From the human T2T-CHM13v2.0 reference genome, Homo sapiens, in NCBI RefSeq assembly GCF_009914755.1, contig NC_060926.1: DNA of 64,000 bases. One strand, 5' to 3'. Each line of letters opens with the position of its first letter. Within the stretch, counting starts at the first letter, position 1. The notes under the pieces are model-generated. The model did not search any database. It saw only the letters and a list, made by a program, of their open reading frames with translations, and was not told where the DNA came from. Below, piece after piece: positions 53,538-64,000 of this stretch. Position numbers and translations under genes: made by a program.

Positions 53538-55019
53538 CATATGGAATGGTAAGAAAGATTAGGAATTTCATGGACCACTAACCCAATGCGCCACTATCCT
53601 TTGGGATTTTCTAACCCTATTTATACTTAGTAGTACTAAGGATCAATATGGTCTAAATTCTATCTGCTTTATTTATGAGATAGAATCTCCATAAAATGGA
53701 AATATAGAGTTATCTCATTTTGAAAACAGGTATCATCAGTGGCAATAATAAAAGTGTTTAAACTAGTCCAATTCAGTATTAGGCAGTCAAAATAAATTTT
53801 AGACCAACTAGCATGAATATCATCCAATAATAATCATGGTAGCCTTCCTAGTACTTTCTTCCTGAATACCAGACCTCTGTATAGTACCAACATGGCAGTT
53901 TAGCTGGCTTTGTTAGCTCTGGCTGGTGGGCTGGTGGGCTGGTGGTATTACTGATGATTTAAATTTTTTTCTTTGCTTTTTTTTTTTTCATTATCATCCT
54001 AAGGATCTGTAACATAAATACATTCACTTTGTGACTAGAAAAGAAATAAAAATAATATTTTAAAGTAAAATAAATAGGCTTAAGGAGCAAACTCTGATTT
54101 TTTTAAATGTTATTAGAATATCTATATTTAAATGAAAACCCACTATATTAAAATTCAAGAGAAAAATACACCTACATTTTTAAAAAATTTAAAATTCAAA
54201 TGTCAATTAATGAAGGTTAAGAAGTGGAAGCAGAGAGATAATGCCTGAATATATTTACTTTTATGCTTATCTTCTTTGATTATTCATTCCCATTCACTGA
54301 TGTAAAGTTCAGAATTGTCCAGAAAATTATCTTTAAAATATTACATGTGATAGCTTTATTAATCCTTTTCTGTAAAGGAGACTGGCATCTTAAATAAATT
54401 GCTTTTTTTCCCACCTTTTATACTCTCTTTCCAAACTTCCTTTGCAATTTTCTTTAGAGAAAAATGAATTTTATCTATTTTTTATGTTTTATTGATTATT
54501 TAATTATTTTTCTATTGTTTTCCTGCCATTTTAAATTCAGAAGGATGAATATTTTACTCATCTTCCTAATAGTTAATTTCTTCTAACTTTTTTAAAGTGT
54601 AATTTTGGATACATTATACATTTGCATAGTCTCCAAATCAGAACAGTATAAAGGAGTATAGATTGAAAAGTACAGATTCTTCAACTTCTAACCTTTCCAT
54701 TCTTTACACCTATTACCAACAATTTCGTGCTTCCCTAAAGCTGCCAGCATGTTATCTTTGATTCCATCATATTTTTCTAACCCCACCAGAAAATGCTTTG
54801 AATTGTTCTCTGTCTCTTTACTTTCAACTTTAAATATTTCCCATGGTTAGAAACTGTCCTTTGGAAACCATTCTAGAAGTGACTGTCATCAATCTTTCCA
54901 TCAATTTAAAAATTTTTCTAGAGGTGTTCTTTTCCTCTCAACCCAAAATAATATATTTTCTTTCAGATACGCAGGATTCCATGTCTTTCACAGGTGTCCC
55001 ATACCATTTTGCAATTTCC

Positions 55020-56000
55020 TATTTGTTTATTTATTTATTTATTTATTTATTCATTCATTCATTTTAATAAATCTTTATAAAATAACATCTCGCAAGTGCC
55101 TGCCAAACACTATGCCTTCAGGCAGTTTACAGTCTCATAGGGAAGGGAATTCTGTTATGAAATGACAAGGGCCATGATGGGTTAAATATGAATTTTTCTT
55201 ATGTAGAATGGACATGTAAATATTCTCAGAAGGAAATGAAGTTCTTCCAAGAATAGACAATCTCTAAGATACAGGGCTAGCTAAAGTTCATAAAGTAAAA
55301 GGGCAAATGTGCGTGTGTGGAAAGTAGGTGAGGAACGAGAACACGATGTACAAAAAGCTAGCGGTAAGAAAACACGGCATGCATGTTCAGGAAACCACAA
55401 TATGGCTCTAGTTCTATGATATGGTTGTAGCATAAAATACTGGAAAGGGAAGAGGTAAGAGGTGTATATTGTGAAAATCAGGCTGGAGAGATAGTCAGTC
55501 TCCAGACAGGCTCGAGAGTAACGAGATAATGAGGGCTTTGTAAATATGTTAAAAAATTTGGGTAACATACAGATAGTAATGAAAAACAGCATAGATATTT
55601 AAGCAGGTAAGAATTGTATGCTGGAACCTTTTGGCTATGTGAATAGTCTGGAATGAAGAGGAAGTTGAAACAGGAGCCCACTTCTAAGTCAGCTGCATGA
55701 GGCCAGTTGGGTGATGAAGGGAGGCTGGACGAAGAGAGTGGAAAAAGGATGGAAAGAAATGGGCCAACGTTAAAGAAATTTAGGAAGTAGACATACAGAA
55801 AGTGATAATGTGGGAAGTCAGAGAGAGTGCAGTTTAGGAAACATTTGCATTCCAGGCATGGACAAATGGGTAGATAGATAGTAGCACACCTTCCTTGGAA
55901 CAGGTAACTCAGGAAGAAAAGGAGCTTAGAAGGGTTGGAGCAGATGAAGTCAGAATGAGAATTATCTAGTTGGAGGTATCTGTAAGATCTCCAAATGGAT
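55020..56000 (-). mobile_element. L2 LINE relic with (TTTA)n/(TTCA)n tail
   Basis: Reverse L2 tail attcattcattcatt followed by purine-rich L2-like body. Confidence 0.65.
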
Positions 56001-57479
56001 TTGAGAGTCTAGGGCTCAAGATGGGAAGTCTCAGCCAGAGTCATAATATTTTTCAGAGTGGCAGAGAAACACTAAAGGGAAAGATTTTTCTTAATTCCAC
56101 GGATTGCCTACCTGGTTCAAAGATTAGCTATGAAAGCCACAGGAAAATAGATGCTATGGAATTAGAATATATTTGGCCCAGTTGTGTCTGAATGGGAATT
56201 ATCCCCAGATTATTTGGTGAGAGATTACAGTAAGTCTTGGTACTCATGTTAAAGTGCTGTATGTGTTGTTTTGTATAATTCAGTTTATGTTACATTTATA
56301 TCCCAACTAATTCCAGACAAGATTTTAAATAAGCTACATAAAACAGAGGACTATAAAATAAAATCACAGAAAAACCACGTACAAGAAATCAAGATTCACA
56401 TTTAGGAAGAAAGGCAGTGAAAGTGATGATTTTCTGATGGAAAGTATTTGGAAGTCATAGATATTTAGTCTGGATTTGATTATGGCTGTCTGAAAATCTG
56501 GCTATTTATTTGTATTTAAAAATATTTTCATTATTATTATAAAATTAATAAATTATTTCATTTTTCAAAGTAGTGTGTATACATTTTAGAAAATTTAGAA
56601 AATAAGCTAAAAAAAGAAAGAAAAACTACCCATAAGTCAATGATCCCATAGTATAGATTGCATGAGTTCAGGAATTTTTGTCAATTTCATTCATGATTGA
56701 GTCCTCAAGAACTAGGACAACGTCTGACACATAGTAGACATTTAATAAACATTGTTAATAATCGATTAAGAGATATCATGGTTTGACATTTTATGGTACT
56801 TATTTAAGAAATAATTTTTTAAAAATAGAAGTAACTTAGCAGTACTTTTCGTTCCCCCAAACATGTATGAACCACCTTTGTATACTACAACCACTTTGTC
56901 AATCATTAGGATTAGTTGCACAAAAAATATTAAATAGCCTTTTTCTTTAAAAAGCTAGAGGCTTACTGACTTCTACTAAGCCTATTATATAATAATGTTT
57001 TCACTTTTCCCTTATTATCCACTTCACTCCATTTTTTTTATTCACTCAACAAATATTTACTGCATGTGGATATAGCAGTAAAATAAAAACAGATCAAGTC
57101 TTAGACATATAAAGCTTACATTCTAGAGGGTGGAGGCATAGATGATAAATAAAGAAATGCATAAGTGTTAGGCAGTATTAAACGTTCTGAAGAGAAAATA
57201 GTACATGGCAAAAGGACAGAAAGTGATGGTTGAGGGAAGGGCACATTTTTAAAAACATGTGAGTCAGAGGAGAACTCTAAAAGGGAGCCATTTCAGCAAA
57301 GGCCTAAATAGAGTGCAGAAATGAACAGTGTATTAATAGATAGTAGGGAGAAGAATATTTCAGGCAGTAGAAACATGCACAAAGTGTGTTTGAGCACCAG
57401 CAGGTGGCCAGTGGGCCTGGAGCCCGGGAGCTGGGTAGTAAGAGCTGTACTTGCAGATGTAGCCAAAAGCCAGAATATA

Positions 57480-58796
57480 TGAGGGGACTTCAAAAAGTTC
57501 ATGGAAAAATTGAATTAAAAGAGCAAAATAAAAAATGTAAACTTTATTTTTCAAAATAATTCTAATCGAGTTCAAGACAATTTTGTGAGTGATGATACCA
57601 GCCATTTAGTCCATCCCTGAAGAACTGAGGGTCCTGGGGCTTTAACCATGCCAATGCAGTCTTTTTAACATTATTAACTTAAGAAAAGTTGAGGCCTTGT
57701 ATAGATTTTTTAAGATTATGAAATAAAAGGAAGTCAGAAGAGCCAAATCAGGACTGTAAGGCAGCTGCCTAATGATTTAATATAGAAACGCTTCCAAAAC
57801 TGACATTGTTTGATAAGAAGAATGAGCAGGCGCATTGTTGTGGTGGAGAAGGACTCTCTGGTGAAGTTTTCCCAGGTGTTTTTCTACTAAAGCTTTAACT
57901 AACTTTCTCAAAGCACACTCACAATAGGCAGATGTAATCATTCTTTGGCCCTCCAGAAAGTCAATAAACAAAATGCTTTGAGAATCCCCAAAATCTTTTA
58001 CAACAGCCATTGCTTTGACTGGTACTTTTGCTTTGACTGGACCACTTCCACCTCTTGGTAGCCATTGCTTTGATTGTGCTTCATCTTCAGGATCATACTG
58101 GTAAATCCATGTTCCATTTCCTGTTATAATTCTTTGAAGAAATGTTTCAGGATCTTGGTCCCACTTGTTGAAAATTTTCATTGAAAGCTCTGCTCTTAGA
58201 GGCAGTGATTTGGGTGCCATGGTTTTGGAAAATACTGAGTGAAAAGTTTGCTCAACTTTAAATTTTTAAAAGAAACAGAATAATCATTCTCAATGATAAT
58301 GGCATAAGCTGAACCAATTGAGATGTCCATGGTATTGGTTATTGTTTCTGTTGTTAATTGTAGGTCTTCTTCAATTTGAGCACAAATAAAATTAACTTTT
58401 TCCTTGAAAATTGGTCTGCTGCTTTGGGCTTCTTCACTATCATCTCTTCCCTTCTTAAATGAGTTAGCCATTTATAAACTGCTGATTTTTGTGGGGGGCA
58501 TTATCCTCATAAACTTTTAATAAGGCATCAATGATTTCATCAGTCTTCCACTAAAGCTTCACCATAAATTCGATGTTTGTTCTTGCCTCAATTTTAGCAG
58601 AATTCATGTTGCTCTGATAGGGGCTCTTCTCAAACTGATGTCTTACTCTTCTTAGTGCCTCAAATTAAATCCTATTCACACAAGTTATAACAAGTTACTA
58701 GAACTTTTTTTTGGTACCAAAAAGGAAATCAAATCCATGCATAGCTTTTTTGTTTTCATAATACACATTTTCCATGAGTTTTTAAAAGACCCCTCA
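57480..58796 (-). mobile_element. Full-length HSMAR2 mariner DNA transposon
   Basis: Terminal inverted repeats tgaggggacttcaaaaagttcatggaaaa and ttttccatgagtttttaaaagacccctca. TA dinucleotides flank both ends; ~1.32 kb. Confidence 0.95.
57544..58607 (-). pseudogene. HSMAR2 mariner transposase pseudogene
   Basis: Begins MNSAKIEARTNIEFMVKL*. Contains FLQRIITGNGTWIYQYDPE, LLHHNNAPAH and a YSPDLA..DF motif, with multiple stops and frameshifts. Confidence 0.92.
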
Positions 58797-59825
58797 TATA
58801 GGGACCTGTAGGCCCTGATAAGCACTTAGAGTTGTATCGGGTGTGGAATGGAAAGCAATTGATGAGTTTGAACAAAGGAATTACATAGTTAAACTTATGT
58901 TTCAAAAGCATCACTCTGGCTAATATGTTCAGGACAGATACTAGAAAGACAAGAGTGGAATCAGGGAGTTCAGTCAGAAGCTACTAAATAACTCAGGAGA
59001 GAAGTCATGATGACTTGGATTAAGACAGCAGTGATGAGAGTAGGAAGAAGAGGTAGATTTAGGATATATTTTGAAAGTAAGCAGACAGACTTTTCCAGTA
59101 AATTGTATAAGAGACATGGGATGAACAGAGTAGTAAGGGGCTTTTGATTAGAATAACTGAAGAATGAAGCTACTGAGATAGGGGCCATTAGGAGAGGAAC
59201 AAGTGAGAGGGTGGGAAAAAATCAAATTTGTTTGGGGGCATGTTAAGTTTGAGATGTCTATGGGACATACAGTAGATTTGATAAGTGGGTCACTGAATAT
59301 TTGCATACGGAATGCCACATGACAGGGTAAGCTGGAGTTATAATTTGGGGGAGAACAATCAAGTAGATGTTATTTACAGTCATGGACTGGAGAGCATTAC
59401 CTAGAGACTGAGACAGAAGAAAGGAGGTCTGAGCAATGAGCCCAAGGTCACTGAAGCATGTACAGATCAGGAAGACAAGCAAGATCCTGCAAAGGTAAGT
59501 TTGTGCAGGGTTGCGCTGTGAATGTGAGGTAGGAATAGAGTCGGGAGAGAATGACAGAGCATAATGTGAAAAAGGTATTTGTACCTAGGGAATGTCAACT
59601 GTGAAACTAGTGGTGATAGATAGGTAAAATTAAGATTGCGAATCAATAATTAGATTTTGCAATGTGAAGGTCAAGAGAGGTTTTGTTGGTGCCGTGAAAA
59701 TGAAAGACTGGAAGAAAATAAGTGGAGAAACTGGTAATTCTTTTGAGGAGTTCAGTTTTAAGAAGCAGAGAGTTACAGTATTGCAATAGCCTCTAACTGG
59801 TTTCCTTGTTTCTACTCTTACCACT

Positions 59826-60241
59826 TTGGCTAGTTAAGGTAATGGTAGTGGCTCTAACAGACTAACCCAAATTAACCACGTTAATTTATTTGTTGTTCAT
59901 GCAGTGTCTTAATTAGTAAGTCCTGATTGGCAAACAGCTTTTCTCCTAGTAGGATTTAAGGACTCTTCCAGAACTATTATCTTCAAAATAAGACTTCCAA
60001 CGTCACTGTCATTGTCTGCGTCCACCCGGGAAATTAAATATCGCGGAGGATAACACATAGGAGGTTTTCGTGGGACAGACTTGAAAGTGTGGTACATCAC
60101 TTCTGCTCACATTTCATCGACTAGAAATTAGTAACATAACCACTCCTAAATGTAGGGGAGGCTGAGACACATAGGCTAATTTTGTGCCCAGTAAGAAGAC
60201 AAAACATGTTTGGTGACCAGGTAAGAAGAGTCTGTGTCACT
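59826..60241 (-). mobile_element. Old MaLR LTR (MLT1K/L-like)
   Basis: acatcacttctgctcacatttcat.gactagaa.ttagt.acat...ggggaggctgaga...tgtgcccag.aagaag. Confidence 0.7.
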
Positions 60242-61009
60242 TCCACAGGCACCTGGCCCCACAATTAAGTCTATGCCTCTACTATTTGCTGATGGAAAAA
60301 ATTCTAGTAGAAAGGGAAATTCTAGTGACTTTAGAGTAGCAGGTCTGGGAAATGAAGAAGGCCTGGGATGCAGGCCAGAAGTGAAGGGATTGGTCCCATG
60401 CTTCACAAGAGCATGGATAATTCATTCTTTGTATTAGTAGGGACTGCAGAGCAGAAGGTTGGCAGATTTGGAGGTGAGAGTACAGAAAGTTAACGAGAGG
60501 AGCTCATTTCTTTGCCTGAAAATACATTCGAATGAGTCATTAAATATTTCTGTCTTTTATCGAAATTTTTCTGGGGCAGGATGAAGAAAAGGAGGATGGT
60601 TACGGTTTTATGTTTTAAAATTGTGTATGACAGTAAGTCAAGAGAACATATACAAAATACATGAAGCTAAATACTTCATGTGCTTTTAATAAACCACAAA
60701 CAAAATTTGTCACTTAAATGACTGCAAAAACAATCCATATGAAGAAAATGTAAAATGATTAAAATTTAAAATTTAAGAGTACATATTCTTTCAGCCCTTG
60801 ATGGTGTCATTTAGCAAATGATTGCTGAAATCCAACACTCAATGATGATCTCATGGCATGAAGAGTATGTACTCTTCTTATCATACTTAACTATTCATTT
60901 TTTAATCTATTATCTAAGAACTTTTGATTTTTAAAGTGAATGTGAAAGGAACCGCCTTACAAATAAGCTTTCAATCTATGCGGTAAAGATTGTTCATGGA
61001 GATTTAAAA

Positions 61010-62102
61010 GTACTGAACAAATCGATAGCAAGAAAACAAGTAATCTGACCTAAAAGTGGTCAAAGAATCTGAACAGATATTTCTCAAAAAAAGACATACA
61101 GGTTGCCAACAGGTGTATGAAAACATGCTCAACATCAGTAATCACCAGGAAAATACAAATTAAAATCACAGTGAGATATCACCTCACACCTGTTACAATG
61201 GCTATTATCTCAAGGAGGAAAGATAATAATCTTTGGCAAGAATGTGGAGAAAGGGAAACCCTTGTACATTATTGGCAGGAATATAAATTAGTACATCTAT
61301 TATGGAAAATAGGGTGGAAGTTCCTAAAAAATGAAAAACAGAATTACTGTATGATTCAGCAGTCCCACCACTTGTTATATAGCTAAAGGAAATAATGTTG
61401 GTATGTCAAAGAGACATCTGCACTCCAATGTTTACTGCAGCATTATTCACAATAGCCTAGATATGGAAACAACATAAGCGCCCACTGACATATGAATGGA
61501 TAAACAAATTGCAATATATATATATGTATATATTATTCTACTCTCTATATTTACATATATATACAGTGTATGTACAATAGAAAATTCAGCCTTTAAAAAA
61601 AAGAAAATCTTGTCATGTGCAACAACATAGATGAAATTGGGGCACATTATCGTAAGTAAAAGCCAGGCACAGAAAGACAAATCCCGAACGATCTTACTTA
61701 TATGTGAACTCTAAAAAAGTCTAATTTGTAGAAGCAGAGAGTACAATGGTGGTTGCCAGGGGCTGGAGAGGGCACGAATGTGAAGGGGAGAAATGGGAGA
61801 TGCTGGTCAAAGAGTACAAAGTTTCAGTTAGACACGATGAGTACATTCTGGAGATCTATTGTACAGCATGGTTATTACAGTTTTTGTACAGTGCTTATAT
61901 TGTATCCTTGAAAATTGCTAAGAGATCTTAAATGTTCTCACCACACACACACAAAATGATAATTATGTGAGGTGATGGATGTGATAATTAGCTTGATGGT
62001 AATCGTTTTACAATGCATACATATATCAAAGCATCATGCTGTACCTTATAAATATATACACTTTTTATTTGTCAATTATACCTCAATAAAGCTGGAAAAA
62101 AA
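61010..62102 (+). mobile_element. L1 LINE 3' end (L1MA-like)
   Basis: ORF2 remnant MKTCSTSVITRKIQIKITVRYHLTPV. 3' UTR ends tgtcaattatacctcaataaagctggaaaaaaa. Confidence 0.93.
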
Positions 62103-62606
62103 TACCAGACAAAAACTTGACAATCTCCTGTATCCTATCTACGCCTAATATTGCATAGAGTTAGAATGCTTTCAGAAAGGCTTAGCTGGGAGGAGGAGTG
62201 TAGAACTCTTTTAACAGCATTTCCAGGATTTTTTAGTGACTCATAGTTCTAGGCATTCATGTGAATTCCCAACTTGCATTTAAACTTTACAATCATTTAA
62301 AAAGAGAATGCCTTCCAACTTTTCATGATAATGAGATGAAAACTTCTTCATAGAAAGCTTTAAAATAGCATTAGTTTTGCATTCCTTTTCTCCCGTCCTC
62401 ACATATTGATATATTCAATCACATTATTAGTGGAACTGCGTCTTGAATTTCAGAGGAAAAACAGCGAAAAACAGTGTGGGATGCAGAATATTGGCACCGC
62501 TGAAAAATTAACTGGAGTTTTGCCCTCGTTTTTGGGAGATGCCATAATAATTCAGGTATTATGACATTTTCCTCATTGTTTTGATCTGATTTCCTCCCTT
62601 GGTATG

Positions 62607-62765
62607 TGTATTAGTCAGGTTTGCGTGGTAATAAGTATCTCATTAATTTCAATGGCTTAAACATCAAGTATTTATTCTCATTCACACTACATGTATGTTG
62701 CAGGTCAGGTAGTTTGAGCTCTACATAACTCTTCATTTTGGGACCCAAACTGAAAAGACAGTTCC
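62607..62765 (-). mobile_element. Old MaLR LTR fragment (MLT1-like)
   Basis: tgtattagtcagg...tttcaatggcttaaaca...tttattctcattcacactacatgt. Confidence 0.6.
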
Positions 62766-63142
62766 TGTCAAAAATAAAATGGGATCAAGTTTAAAAAATT
62801 CAAAGTCTATTGCGCATACAAAAGAACAGTTCATCAACAGGGAAACCTCATACTGAAAGTGTTAAGAAGCTCAGAGGCATAGCATTACAGGCTAACTAAT
62901 GAAAATGAGGAAGTTATTTAACCTTTGTAATAACTGGTTATTACAATGGGGGTTTTCAGATAGCAGAGCATTGATACAAAGCGGTCATCTTATACCATTT
63001 TTGGAAGGCGATTTAAGTTTTATTCATGATTATCAGAGGAATTTACAAGAAATAGCTAAGTTTTGCTTGCATGGCCTAACTGGTTTTGTCTGCCCGGGGG
63101 ATTCTCAAGAGCTTGTGGTCTCCATTTTATTTTATTTTAACA
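62766..63142 (-). mobile_element. ERV1 solo LTR (MER67-like)
   Basis: Reverse strand begins tgttaaaataaaataaaatggagaccaca...gaatccc..ggcagacaaaaccagttaggcc. TG...CA termini; near 4-bp TSD ttcc/ctcc. Confidence 0.72.
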
Positions 63143-63905
63143 CTCCTGAAAGAAACACCCAGTTCCATTTAAGTATTCTGCTCAAACATAATATTTGGCA
63201 GGGTACCTCATCTTCCATTGTTTAAAATATTTCATAAAACCAAGCCCAACATCACAGAGGCAGGAACTAATACTTTTCCCACAGGATACACTAAAGGTTT
63301 AATACAGAAAGAACAAATAACAGCAAAATATAATCCAATATACCACAGTATTATAGAAGGTGTGACTCTTATTTTTCAAGCTCAGATGTACAAATACAAT
63401 ATTTTTTACCTTCTATAATAAAATTTAATATGGATCTTTGGGTCCCCAGCTATGAACAGATAGGACTTTATCAGTTTTTTTCTTTTATCAGGGTTCTTCC
63501 CATTTCTACTCAAATCTAGATTACATCCCTAATCTTCACTAGGTCAAAGTGTCTGCTAGCATATGGATCTCATTTTTTTTTTGTTTATATGGGATGTGGC
63601 TGAGACCATCAGATTAAGATCACTTCTTCATGCCTTTCAACCTTCTATACCTTTTATGCCAAACTTTGGACATGGATATTTTGTGATTTGTCTATGGTCT
63701 TGGTTGCCTAGGCACACCATGACACCATTTCTTCCTGAGAATCTTGCCATAACACTGTTGGTTTTTTCCAAGAAACAGGGTGTAAGCTGCTTCTGCACCT
63801 ATATCATATGAAACGTTCAGATCTTGAAGCATTCCTGGTTTCTCCAGTCTAGGAGTAGATGCAGGCAATCTGTCTGCCTTAAGATCCATGGGCTTCTTTG
63901 TTTGT

Positions 63906-64000
63906 GTCTTAGTTTGGATTTCCCAGGATGAGATCCTGAAACAAGGATTCAAATTCAAGAAGTCTATTTGGTAAGTGCTGAAAGTACCAATAGGAATGTG
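63906..64000 (-). mobile_element. ERVL LTR 3' end (LTR16/LTR67B-like)
   Basis: tgtcttagtttggatttccc...cctgaaacaaggattcaa..caag.agtctatttgg; cut by the window edge. Confidence 0.55.

Larger units (their letters stand above)
57038..59765 (-). mobile_element. L2 LINE, interrupted by HSMAR2
   Basis: attcactcaacaaatatttactg tail. L2 body continues after 58798 (ttcaaaagcatcactctggct; gggcatgttaagtttgagatgtct). Confidence 0.8.

Noticed and set aside
57397-57410. CTCF-like CCAGCAGGTGGCCA
   Set aside because: Sits in a decayed L2 and mismatches the 3' positions; the motif alone is insufficient.

Overview
This window is AT-rich primate (human-like) nuclear DNA, most likely intergenic or deep intronic. 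I see no protein-coding exon, RNA gene, CpG island or prokaryotic feature. About half of it is interspersed repeat. There are 15 Alu/FLAM copies, many with visible target-site duplications (TSDs), plus MIR and L2 relics, two L1 3' ends and several MaLR/ERVL/ERV1 solo LTRs. It also holds a varied set of DNA-transposon fossils: a ~2.6-kb Arthur1-like hAT and its 176-bp MITE, a Charlie-like hAT with a transposase C-terminal remnant, MER6 carrying a captured V-SINE, MER5A, and a full-length dead HSMAR2 mariner nested in an L2. Two long repeat-poor blocks (~19.2-26.0 kb and ~41.6-50.7 kb) retain CpGs and hold clustered transcription-factor motifs, so they are candidate enhancer landscapes. The ORF-track entries are repeat-derived or chance ORFs, except the HSMAR2, Charlie and L1 remnants. 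Repeat family names come from remembered consensus sequences, not a database search, and boundaries of old repeats are approximate. I found no convincing evidence of a novel biological system; the best leads are regulatory candidates and one RNA hairpin.
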